Shown here: in pieces, positions 51,424 through 64,000 of the stretch
How positions within the stretch are numbered: the stretch's first letter is position 1
Layout: each line of letters starts with the position of its first letter
Source of the DNA: Octopus sinensis
Taxonomy: Eukaryota
Assembly: GCF_006345805.1 (NCBI RefSeq)
Contig: NC_043001.1
Span: 38,006,001-38,070,000, forward strand
Direction of reading: 5' to 3'
DNA length: 64,000 nucleotides
Translations under genes and position numbers: made by a program
Notes under the pieces: generated by a model
The model's input: the letters and a program-made list of their open reading frames with translations, nothing else
Told to the model about the DNA's origin: nothing
Database searches by the model: none

Positions 51424-53299
51424 TTTCATATCCTTGTATGCTGGATATATAATATAATGAAGCAAGGGGAAAGAACGTATTTACAAGATGCACTATTATG
51501 ACTATTACACAAGTCTCAATGCTCTCAACCACAGCTCACAACCCGAACTGTCAATTGCTCACAGTTATTTGTTTTATAACCAGTCAGTCCAACTTTAGTC
51601 ACTTGTGGGGTTGTCTGAATCCTTCCACAACATCTCCCCTTTTTAGAATCAGTCTCCTCTATCTTCTCCCCTTTTGAAAATTAAACTCTGCTCAGAGTTT
51701 TAATATCTCTTACATTTAGGGTTCAATTCCAGTGTTTCCGTTCTTTTCCATTTTCTGGTGCTAGAACAAAGTGTTTGTGTGTTGATACCTCAAACGCATC
51801 GTACAATACTTGTATGGAGGATTTCATTTCTCGTGACCATTTTTTTTATGAATCTTTTTTTAAAGTTGTTTAATGTCTTTTATGTTTGACATTTTTTCCT
51901 TTTACCAGGAATAACATTCTTCCAATTTATTTAAAACTCTGCCAGATCAAGATTGGAGCCTTGTGCAGCCATCTGGTTAGCCAGTCCTCAGTCAAATCGT
52001 CCAACCCATGTTAGCATGGAAAGTGGACGTTAAACGATGATGATGACCATCCTCCCAGTTTTTTTTTTACCATATATATATATATATATATATAGGTTTT
52101 TAAAATAAACTGTCACCTAACTTGAAGAATTTTGAAGTATTTTTGTTTTTTCATTTTTATTCAGTATCAGCTTATCAAAGACGGATCTGACCTTTCTAAC
52201 AAACATCAATTCTTCAGGTGATATTCCTGACAGTGTATTCGGATTAGGTGTTATTCAGTACACTCTTAGAAATTGCTGGAGTGCAAAATTGTCCATCATA
52301 CCAAAACAGACTGCTGCTTGATGCAGACTTCCAGCTTGTCAGCCCTGGTCAAACTGTCCAACCCATGCCTGTATAGACAATGGATGTTAAGTGATGATGA
52401 TGATGATTCTTCTGCCACTGCCTGCAAAGTTAAATTTTGATCTTGTTCTAATTTTGTAAATTTCCAGGAACGCATATCTGCATCTTTCTTTGTAGGAAGC
52501 CTCTGAACAAAAATTAAACACTTGAACATGTCCTGGGTTAATTCTTTCAGTTTGAATTTCTCACACTCTCTGTTAACCACTCCAGCATAGGTGATGAAAT
52601 CTTCATTGTCTTTTTTGATTAAATTTAAACATTGCCAGCGAGTAATGAACTGGGAACTTCTTTCACTGAAAATTTTCGATAAAATATTGTTTCATTGAAA
52701 CAAATCTCACCTGGCTTCTTCAGCAGAATATAATTACTATATTTTTCATGTTTGGCAGTGGATAACTTTCTTAAAAGTAGTCATACTTTTTCTCATTGGA
52801 CCAACTTTTACACTCTTCTTTGAAGATTTCTTCATATCTTCAAAAATATGCAGAGAAGGTAATCGCTTCCTCTGGATTATAGCTGAATTCTTCAATTGAG
52901 TTTGCTACACTGTCTGACAAGTACGGACCTGAAGTATTTTCAAACTTCTTCAATATTAATTCCAGCAACTGTTGGCTTTGTTGTTGTTGCTGTTGCAATT
53001 GCACCACAGAGGCCAATAAGTTCTCCATGTTAAAATGACATTTTCTTTGGTCTCGTACCAAAAAAATTTTTTATATGCAAGCTTTAAACAACTCGCTGCC
53101 ACTTTTATATCCTTGTATGTTGCATACATAATATAACGAAGCAGTGAGGAAAGAAAGTATTTACATGACACACTACTATTACTATTACACAAGACACACC
53201 ACTCTCTCAACCATGACTCACAGTGAACTCCTTACCAACCCGAACTGCCAATCACTCACCTTTAGTCACTTGCAGTGTGGTTGGAATCCTTCCACAACA
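51424..53299 (-). mobile_element. Internally deleted Gypsy-type LTR retrotransposon
   Basis: LTRs at ~51424-51632 and ~53103-53299; 5-bp TSD CATCT at 51419-23 and 53300-04; PBS-like GTGGCAGCGAG; PPT AGGGGAGA. Gag remnants include SIEEFSYNPEEAITFSAYF and VNRECEKFKLKELTQDMFKCLIFV. Confidence 0.9.
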
Positions 53300-54195
53300 C
53301 ATCTTCAATAAGTTGTAGCTCTAAGAATGCAACTTCCCAAATAAATTTAGTAAACAAATTTTGATGGTTACACACACGTCCCATCCTCCACAATTTTGCA
53401 AATTATTTAAACTGAAATGTTCTTAAAATATCCATTTAGAAAACTAGGAATTCTCTCTTTCTCTCTCTCTCCACTCAGAGGAAGAGATTGAGAAAAGAAT
53501 AGAGTACATGTAGGAGAAAGTGTTTGGAAGAGTGTAAAGAAAATAAAAAATTGCCTGTAGGGTTACTTAACTGTATCTATTTTGCTTGTTATAGCAACAA
53601 GATTAGAGAGTTTGAAACTCCCACAATGTGGCTTCTCAATGTCAACAATTTTATAACATAAGTAAGGCCGACTTTTGAGATACTTCAGTAACAATTGTAA
53701 AATTAAAACAAGAAAAGAATAAGTGATCAGATAAAACCAAATTTATTTCAGAATAATACTAAGAAAACTAAAATTACATGGTTCTTTTTTGTTTTTAAAT
53801 ATTTGTTCTAAATCATTAATTGTGTCAGTTTTCTTCAAACTACAAGTTGGAGAACTGATAATTGATTTTTCATTATTAGCACAATATCGTATCACAGTGC
53901 AAGACATATCATATTAGTATAAGTCTACCTAGCTGTGGAAAAAGAACATAATATCTTATTGCTTAAACAGTAAGAGTGTATGATTGAAAAATAGTCCTAC
54001 TGTCTAGAAGTAGACAAGAAATCATCCTCCCCAGAGGTTCTGAAATTAGCAGGATTTCCAAAGCCCAAACTCACTTAATTGAAAATGTGTCAGAAAACTA
54101 TTACAAACTCAGTGTGTAATTGTTTTCTGCATCAAGCATTCCTTTCAAATGTGTATTCTATAAAACTCAATAATACAACTGAAAGTTATACTCAC

Positions 54196-54425
54196 ATGTA
54201 ATACAACTTGGTCAGAGTTGTTATAATGGTTTACGCCCTGGGAATGTATGGTGTCTACAGCACCAGTTAGTTCAGAAGAATCCGAGTGGTTGATTTTGGG
54301 GGAATTAACATCAAATGGATTTGAAGGGTTCTGTGCTGATGGCCTGCCAAACTCAAATCGTGACATCTGTTGAGTAACTGCTAATAACCCAGCTTCATCT
54401 ACATTAATTATAACCCAAATTACTT
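54196..54425 (-). CDS. ILRUN: ILRUN/C6orf106 internal exon (EVIWVIINVDEAGLLAVTQQMSRF...)
   Basis: TGCAG acceptor and GTGAGT donor, 230 nt; matches the VIWVILSV..GGLLGVTQQLS motif. Confidence 0.92.
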
Positions 54426-57400
54426 CTGCAATAAAATGAAAAAGTTTACAATGAATATCACTCATTTTAATTGCAAAATATTAACAAAACATTTTTTTAC
54501 TGTTTCCCATGTATTTTTTAATGTTGATATGAATGAGTTGCTGGATATTTGAATATAAATGCTCTCTAACTGAAGGTGGATGTTTTGTGTCATTTTCTTC
54601 TGTACTAATGTTATGTAAAATCTATTTAACAGATTTTAAGCTCAGTAGTTAATGTTAAAGACTAAGTTTCAACCCTTGCAAATAGACTATGACTTCAGGT
54701 CATAGTGGGGAACAGCATTTCAGCCTTTATAGTATGGCTTTGTAGGTTTAGTGTAAACTCTCAATTGATTATCCTACTTCTTTGTAATTTCCTAAGACAA
54801 CAAATCTTTTAACTTACCATTTATATTCAAAGGTATTTAATTTAACTGTATGTCTTGACAGTTCATGTAGAGTTTAGATAGTTTACCATAAAAGTCATAG
54901 CAGGGGGTTCATGTATCCATTATTCACTTGGCATCTAATGATAGTGTTAATTATGCAATATTTCTCAACAAAGTGTTACATTTCTTTTTGTATGAGAGGG
55001 GGAGGGATAACACATTGTCTTGTGTGTTATTGCTCTGATCAACTTCTATTTCTCCCATTTGTTTGGCAAATGGTAATTGCAATTATTGCACCCACCCTGC
55101 CACCAATCTTGATAATTGAAGCAGAACTACCATAATCCTAAAACATTCAATGTTCAAAACATTCTATTTATGCTTGATATTTTTTAGCAAGTGATTGATC
55201 ATAAATAGTGTAGGCTCGGTAGCTTTTCTGTTACTTGTTCAGCATTGAGCATCATTTTTAAGCTATTTGTATACCTCACTTATCTCTGTTTGTGTCATGA
55301 TTCATGTTTTTAACAGCTTTTTTGAGAGCAGAATCTAATGGACTGTTGATATTATTTACTATGCATTCTTGATGGTTGATTTTATTAGGTTATTTCTTCT
55401 CAACAAAGATAATTTATTGGTGCAGCTGCTTCACACTTAACTTTTTTGATATCAACCCTCCTGATATTGCCCTTATGATATAAACTTCCAGTATTTTAAA
55501 GCAAGTTGCCTTTCCTATTATCAACCATTTTACAGTACAGAAGGAGCGCATTTTATTACATGACCAACACTATAGAGATTGTCTACAGAAGTACTAAAGG
55601 AGTACCTTCAATCCAGCATGGATTTTATTCAGAATTTATATTCTCCAAGACATGTCTTTCCATTATGTAAGGAGGCTAAAAAGAGTCTCACAGTGGTAGT
55701 TTGTCTCCTCTATCAGGGTTAGGATTAGTTATAGCTTCCTTGAGGTCTTACAGCGGCATTCCTTGTTAAATGCATCCTCTCTCATGTTAAGGTTTTTATT
55801 CAGAGTTCACTTCTCTCTTAGTATATATTTGCTCCAGCTTGAAGGAGCCAACTCCTTTGTGCAATTAAAACAGAACATTTCTTATATCCTGCTAAGTTTG
55901 TTTAGTCAACCTGAACAGCTGAACTGAGAAGCCACATCTTTGCATGGTGTAAGTGGAAAGGTGTCAAGACACCATGGAAAATTGAAGTTGTCTATCAAAG
56001 GCTACTGCAACCAAAGGGTGGGAGTTTAGGATTATGGTAGTTCTGCTTTAATTATCAAGACTGGTGGCAGGGTGGGTGCAATAATGCATTTGCAAGTTAA
56101 CCCAAGTCAGTTAATGAGTTATATAAATAGATTAATATTAATTATACAGATAAACAAATTTCTAGATTCTGTGAGAGTTTTCATCACTGCTAATGAGAAG
56201 ATAGCTGTTTGAAAGTTACAGATTTGTTCAAGAGAATCACATATAGGAATTTCACTTAAGGTACCTAAATTTCTACAAATTTCAGAGAATTACATGTGGA
56301 GAGGGGAGTGTTGAGAGATAGAGAAAGAAGGGATAAGAGACACACACACACACATTTCTTTTATCCTTTCACTGTTTCTGTCTACAATCAACAATTACAT
56401 TCAACAGAATTAACATACCACATACATAGAAAACAAACATTAGAAATTGTGCTCATCTCTATAATATTCAAACTTCATATAGGTAACAGCAAAGTAGTGT
56501 AAAAAAACACTGCAAGAGCATTATCAAGTACCATATTTTGTCAACAAAGAAACAACAGTAATCCTATCTAGATCTAGATTCTAATATACATAGAAATAGC
56601 TGCAACATAAATATCCTCACTAGCCTCAAACACTGAACTGAAATGCAAACTGCCAACAATAAGTGAAGAGTAACAGCAACTGTCAAACACTGACAAAGTT
56701 TATTTTGCCAGCCAATGTTGTGACCATCACCAGAATCTGTAGAAACAGATTAGATGGTAAAGAGAGGACAATATGTCAAGACTATTACACTGCAACTTCA
56801 ATAAACAAGGGACAAAGATGACCTTAAGTTGTTTTGTAGATCATTCAGACCATGTTGGCATGGAATAATAGATATTGTAGCAATGATGACAACAGTGACA
56901 GAAAAACTAACACTGATAATATTCAATTTTCATATTCATGTCATCCTTCTCTGCGTCAACAAGTTTTAACAGGTATGGGTTGAACATATTTTCAATGCAG
57001 CATCTCTCCCTTTGATTCATTCTACCATTTCATATGTGAGGCTAAACAGTCTGAGCTATGACCTAAGAAGTACTTCCCAAGTATTCCAGACATTTTCTTC
57101 TCTATTTCTAGCAGTGACAGTAAATGCTGTTGCTACCACCACTCTATTTTTCCATACTTACATGTACTGGATCCTTTCATACATTGAGACTTCTAAGATC
57201 AGCTTTTACACTTTTCACATCTTCCTTGGTCTTCCTTTCTCAGTTTAACAAGTTCCTTCTACTCTGATCACTTGACATTTCTTTACCTGCACTATGCCAA
57301 AAATTCTGGACATTTTCTTGTACAGTTGTCATTTATTTGCTCTATGTCACATTCCTGTTCATAATTACCTTTATATATAGTCATCTTCAAAACGATATTT

Positions 57401-59288
57401 TATTTTCTCAAACCAATGTTGCTTCAAAATATATATTCTACTTACATTAGGAGAGATAATTAAAAAAACTAAGAGTAAATACATATTTTGTTACTTCATA
57501 TTCAGTAGCTAATCAGAATTGAGACAAGACCATGCTGCTTTTGATAGCCAATCAGTAGTGAGTCACGATCACATTACTTTCAGCAACCAACCAGCAATGA
57601 TACAGTCACACCCTTTCAATAGCCAATCATCACTGAGACACAATCACATCATCTATGTTAACTTATCAAACATTGATGGTACTTGTGTTTGAACTGTCAC
57701 TCTTCATATGGCATTATGACTGCACACATTTTAGGAAAGACTGGATATTATATAAGCAAAGAAAAAAAAAGAATACCCCTCTCAACAAATAACAAAATGA
57801 CTGGGAAAATGTGTAACAAAATTTTGTGTACAGTTTGTCACCATATTAAAGAACATGAAAAGAAGTAAAAAAAGTGAGCATGATTAAACTAGTTCTAATT
57901 GTCAAACAATAAAAATTTTTAAAAAACAGCAAAATTACAGTTTAAGTGCAAGATAAAAAACATCCCTGAATGGTCTTCTGAGAAGAAAATAGGTAACCAA
58001 AGCTAAGAAATAGTTCTAGAGAGTTCACTGAGCATTTGAAAGAATTTATATCATGGATGTTCACACTACTTCTACACATCCTTTTCTTGTTAGCCAGCCT
58101 GTTATTCCTCTCCATGTCTTGTACACTCATAAGTCTACATTGTGTACACCACATGGAATTCCTACCAACTCCTTTTCTTAATGGTTTGAATATCTAATTG
58201 TTAGACTCAGTTTTAGTTGATTTATTTAAAAAGTCCTAATTTGTTGAAATTACCAACATTTCAGTTAGGTGATGTGAATTATTTTCACTCATTAACTTGT
58301 ATAATACATTTGAATCTACAGCCACTATCCAGTATTATACAAAGCAATATTGACAAAAATATATTCTTTCTTAAATAAAAAGAATTTGAAGCTTTTGTAA
58401 TTTGCTAAATAATGATTATTAAGAGATTATTAAAGTTTTGTACATTGAAAATATAGTAATTGGTAATATTGCTAATATTCATAGCAACTGATGATCAAAA
58501 TATCCTATTGAGGTTAACTATTTGGACAAGTTTCAACTAAAGTCATCCAAACTATTGATAGAGTGTTAAAATCTAAATCAATCCTTTTTGCCTTCTGTGT
58601 AGGATTATCGAAAGTAAAATAAAAAAATTAAAATAGAACCTCATTAAACCTAGTGTACCAAGTTTTCATTTTGATTGCAGAATGCATGATTACTGAGACA
58701 TTCAGCAATAGTTTCAAATCCTAACACAAAATTATTTCAGTTGTTTATGGGCAAGCCACAGCAAATATTGTATTGGTAAAATGTTAAAGTGATGTGAATG
58801 TGGAAAACAAAATTAGCAAGCAAATAATAACTACTGATAATCAAGTCTGAATAAAGTTGAATAAGAGTAGAATACAGACATTTCCAATGGCCAGCTTTGG
58901 AAAGAAATTACCTTGACTACTGCACTCATCCTTATGCAACCACCAACCATGACATTTATGCATCCAGCAAACATTGCCTATTCTCACTGCATGTCCAAAT
59001 AATTATAATTGCTACTTTTGCATGCATTACCCAATGTTTGTTATATCCAGGTTTTTCTCATCACATCTGCTCTCAATTCATCTTTTAAATTCATGTTACA
59101 TATCCAGTGGATTACACTCAATCAAGTCTTCTTCAATCACTGTAAATTTTCAGCATTTACTGCTCAAGTCACACATGCATCACAGATTTAGTTGAACTAT
59201 AACTGACCATATTTCTTTGCATATTTATGCAGACAAAATCAAAGAACTCTAGGCATTCAATTGTTTCAAAAAGTGATAAACCACAAAC

Positions 59289-59486
59289 CTCCAAAATAAC
59301 AACCTGATGGTGTTATCATTCGCCACTGTCCTTGGTAGATGCCTGTTTTAGAAGGACTGACCATATCTATACTTATATCAGTCACTTGACCAGGACTAAG
59401 ACTTACTGACATAACTCTGTCTATATGAGTCATCTGGTCTCCATAACAAAACTTTAAGCAGCAGCCTGGTGGCCAGCTATCATCTC
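59289..59486 (-). CDS. ILRUN: ILRUN/C6orf106 exon encoding the NBR1-like FW domain (GDDSWPPGCCLKFCYGDQM..YQGQWRMITPSGCYFG)
   Basis: 198 nt, phase 1-1, AG/GT boundaries; WPPG.CLK..GDQ and G.YQGQWRM motifs. Upstream exons were not found and presumably lie beyond 64000. Confidence 0.95.
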
Positions 59487-59834
59487 CTACAAAAGACAAA
59501 CAATAGAAAAGAAATAAATTATAGAAATGTTCACAATAGAGTAAATTTAAAAGAACAACACAATAATGTAAAATGATTAATAAGGATATTTTAAAATTAT
59601 TTCTATTTACTAGGTTAGTAGGAGGTGGTTGAAGCACTCAAACTAAATGATATTTAACTTTATCTTTAATCTAGAGAGCTTTAATCCCACTGAAACTGAC
59701 TTTTCATCCATTTGAGGTCAATAAAATAATTCCAGTAATATATACCCAAAACATAAATCAGTAAAGGAAGTTCCTTTATTGCCTACAAGGAATGTTACAT
59801 ATCTAATTAAATATGTAATATACCTTTATAGTGT

Positions 59835-60470
59835 GATACATCATTTAATATCCATTGTCCATGCTGGGATGGGTTGGATGATTTGAACAGGGTTGGTAAG
59901 CTGAGGGGCTGCACCAGACTCCAGTCTGATTTGGCATGGTTTCTATGGCTGGAGGCTCTACCTAATGCCAGCCACTCCAAGAGTATAATGGATGCTTTTA
60001 TGTGCCACCAGCACCAGTGCCAGTTGCATGGCACCAATATCTTCCACAATTACAATTTTACTTTGCCTGATGGGTCTTCTAGTCAAACACAGCATGTTAC
60101 CAAAGGTCTCAGTCATTTGGTATTGCCTCCATGAGGCCCAATGCTCAAGAGGTGCTTTTTACATGCCACCAGCCATATTGTCTCTGTGGGGCCCAATGCT
60201 TGAAAGATGCTTTTTACATGCCAATAGCATGGGGTCCAGTTATGTGACACTGGCATCAGCCACGACTACGATTTCACTTGGCTTGATGGGTCTTCTCAAG
60301 CACAGCATATTGCCGAGTGTCTCAGTCACTAATAATTGTAATTGCCTCTATGAAGCCCAACGTTTAAAGATCATGCTTCACCACCTCACCCCATGTCTTC
60401 CCGAGTTTATCTCTTCCCCAGGTTCCCTCCACAATTAGAGATCGGTACTTCTTTACACAGCTGCCCGCTT
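59835..60470 (-). mobile_element. RTE LINE 3' fragment in an ILRUN intron
   Basis: Reverse-complement similarity to 17700-18356. Confidence 0.8.
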
Positions 60471-60543
60471 CCAGTCTCATAGAGCTTGAAAGCTGATAAC
60501 ACAAGCTCAACATGGATCTCATTAATGGTAAAAAAAGGAAGTT

Positions 60544-60578
<35 letters not shown>

Positions 60579-61236
60579 CATTTCTGCTGTTTTCTGACTG
60601 TTACTTTCTTTAGAATCACATCGTATAAGTGCCATAAGAGTTAAAACTGTTTCTACTTCTTGTTTTCTGAAAAACAAAATCTCAACTCTAAACAACTAAA
60701 TTGATTAGTATAGCAGTCAAATGGTTAGAAGCACCAGGGACAAAGATGACTTATATTGAAATGGAAAGATACATATTCATCTCAGAACTTCCAAATATTT
60801 CTGCCTCTGATATCAGAGCAGTATCTTTATCTCTAATACCATCTTCATGACCAGCCATTAATCTCATCTGCATTATTATCATCATCATCACCTATTGCTT
60901 TGCATACAAGCTCTGAAAAATGTTGTAAAAGTGTAGAACAGAATATGACATTAAGTTAACATTTTCTCAGTGTGCTGAAAAAAATCCAGACTCTAAAACA
61001 ATAACATATTTCAGCTTTTCAAGTCACTCTGTGGATCAATGCTCAGTAAGTTAAGTCATTTTAGACCAAGGATTCTATCATATCTGTAGACATGAAGAGA
61101 AATGCTTTCACCTCACAATATCAATTAACATTTTTCTGTTTTGTAACACGGCCACTTTTCCTTATCACTCCACATTTCCATATTCCTCCATTTGTATCCC
61201 TTTGTTTTGCTAGCATTGATGCATGCTTACATCACT

Positions 61237-61269
<33 letters not shown>

Positions 61270-64000
61270 TGTGTGTGTGTAACTTAAAGGAATAAGGATT
61301 TAGAATCCGAGCAGGTACCTTATTAGTACTCAGAAATAATCCAGGTTCTGATTAACCATATCAAATGATAAGGAACATAGAGAATTATTTCAGATAAACA
61401 ATTACACGGCACTTCACTTGACAGGTAAATCCTGAGTTTGCTTCCTTGGATTTTATATGCTGTATAAAATCTATATAGTCAAAACATCACAAATGAGAAT
61501 GGAGAATTATACATCTTCAAAACTTGTTTATTACAGTATTTTAATCAAATACATGTTTCTGCTGCATAAGTGTCCTAATGTCTCTTAATGTAGCATTTAT
61601 GTACATTTAGTTGGTTCAGTTGAAGTATATATATTTATCCAGGGTAGAAATAGCTATGCAGCTTTGTTCAACATTGCACCTATGCAGGTGGGAGAAGCAA
61701 ACTGAGGAACTCAGTGTCTGATTTAGATATATGTTGTAATCCCAGCACAAGATTAGGCTTACCTTTTCAACAAGTAGAAGATTAAGAGGATTAAAGAATT
61801 CACTAACAGAAAATAGTAAACACTGATAATAAAACGAATATTAATTGTAATAATATGACTGGTGGTAATAATAATTATACGGATATAGTGGAATGTAAAA
61901 TAAATGACTCTAGGAAGAGAATAAATACCCGTTTGGCTAACAATAGAAGTGAAAATGATAATGAGCTTACTGAATATAGTGTAAGGGAGGTAACTGGGCC
62001 CAAACTACACTCATTTGAATCAATTGAATCACGTGAATATAACCAATTTAACATATATAGAAACTTAGTACCCATTGAGAGATAATGTTTCGGAAAAAAA
62101 AAGTTTATAGATGTACAGTTATGGCTGATAGCATTTCCAATTATGATACAAGTTCGTATTCAATGGGCTTTAAGCATAGATTGCATAACCACTTGATTTT
62201 TTGTTCAAATATAAGGATAAAATTAATTGTACAATCTTGAATGAAACACTAAATTTGACTTTAAATGGGCAGTAATTAGTAGAGCTTCACACAAAACTAT
62301 TGGGAAATCAAAGTGTAATCTAAGCTTGGAAGAAATGTTCCAGGTTATAACAACAGGTTATTAAATCATAGACATGAATTAGCTCTGAGATGTGTATATT
62401 CTTTTAGTAAAATGTTTAAGTACTTCCCATATAAGGATTTTTAATAGAATATCACTTGAGTAAAAGATACATAAGCTAACCTAGTCAAATACCATAGATT
62501 TACTCTAGTTAGTCTTTAACAATCTCACAATAAACCTCATCCATCTTTATTTTTTATTTTTTATTATTATTTCTTATTTATTTTTGATTCCTCTTAATCT
62601 ATTTACTTATCTTATAAGGTTCATTCTATCTTCATTAAGTATAGCCATTGAGGGATATACTTCTTGGCCAGGCTTCTTCTACTCCTAAGTATATCAAATA
62701 ACCTATTCTCTTAAATTCTAAAAGGTCATTCTACGTTTAAATAATATCATATTTCAGAGCAACCTCTACAATCATGTACACTGAGCATTTGTGATTCCCT
62801 TACTTCAAGAAGGACAGTTTGCTTCACCCACCCGCATAGGTACAATCTTCAACAAAGTTGCATAGCCATTTCTGCTCTGGATGAATATGTATTGCAACTG
62901 AACCAACTAAATGCACATAAATGCTACATCAAGTGACATTAGGAGGCTTATGAAGCACAAACACATATCAGATTGAAATATTGTAATAAACAAGTTTTGA
63001 AGATGTGTGTGTGCACGCTCATGCTTGCTTGAATGCATGTGTGTGTATAAACTATAAAACATGGGGGTTTAGCTCACAGGTGATCTAAACGATTAGGTAT
63101 GCCTGCACCTCAATAACATAAATAAAGAGCATTGTTTTTAAAAAGGTATCAACATCAAAATCTAGGCATTCATTCTCACACATACATACATATATTTATA
63201 TATGTCAAAACTTATTACTTTGAATTTCAGAGATAAACTCAAGCAAAAATTCTAGAATTTGATCAAATCTTGACTATTGCTGGGTTTAAAATTCTTCAAA
63301 CACACTTAGATCCAATTGCGACAACTCAATAAATAAAGGAAGTAAGTTCACTTCAGATTTACATAAAATGAAGCCACTTCTTTCATAATTTCTTTTATAC
63401 ATAGAGTTCTTTGAGGTCAGTTGAAATATATCTGACTATTTTAAATCCAGATCTCTATACATAATCTTAATTTAAATTTATCTGAAACTCAGAGCAATAT
63501 TTTTTACAAAATTGATACTTTAATTACAAAAAGTATTTAATTTCATATCCAAATATTGAGTGCTCCCTTATTTTATGACACTTGTTCAAACATCTTTCTT
63601 TGTCTTTCTCTCTTTCCATCTCACTTTCTGGTTAAGAAACTGACTGTGGCTAGAGCTGTAGAGGGAAAAGTTGCATCAAGCTTAGACACCCAATACTGTG
63701 TGTCATGACTACTGCTTTCCCAAAGTTGATGCTTATAGGTAATGCAGCTTGCAGAGCCCAAGAGGTTATGGGTCCATTAACATAATTTACTTATGATAGC
63801 AATAAAGATGGAACTCAATTCTTCAATACAGCACCTGGGCTCAGAAGCACAAATATAACTTTGTATGTAATATGTATACAGATGTAAAAGTAATATGTAT
63901 TTTACTTCCAATTTATTTAACACATATTTAATATTAATAGCTATATTTCAATTAGGTGTAAATAATCTGAGAAGCATATAAATGTAGAGCTTTTAGCTGA

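Noticed and set aside
62640-62960. Possible Penelope GIY-YIG remnant
   Set aside because: Too degraded to support a call.
59490-64000. Upstream ILRUN exons (UBA-like domain, DVTIGEGES motif)
   Set aside because: No matching sequence was found; the region is treated as intron with the exons outside the window.

Overview
This is AT-rich eukaryotic (animal) genomic DNA, not prokaryotic. The SINE/RTE families and long (TA/CA)n fields suggest a coleoid cephalopod such as Octopus; this is an inference. Three protein-coding genes are supported. (1) A spliced, apparently intact PDX1/SNZ pyridoxal 5'-phosphate synthase on + strand, with 7 coding exons from 16678 to 26614; its start exon was not located. 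(2) A CEP44-like centrosomal protein on - strand whose CDS (31791-33137) has no introns. (3) The last three coding exons of ILRUN/C6orf106 on - strand (59486 to 50223), possibly followed by a ~9 kb 3'UTR. The remainder is dense transposon debris: Tc1/mariner, CR1/L2, RTE, CRE and Penelope retroelements, an internally deleted Gypsy LTR element with a TSD, tRNA-derived SINEs and a foldback MITE. Several long inverted repeats are also present. The most interesting signal is a de novo vitamin B6 synthesis gene with host-type spliceosomal introns in an animal. Most short ORFs in the supplied track are spurious.
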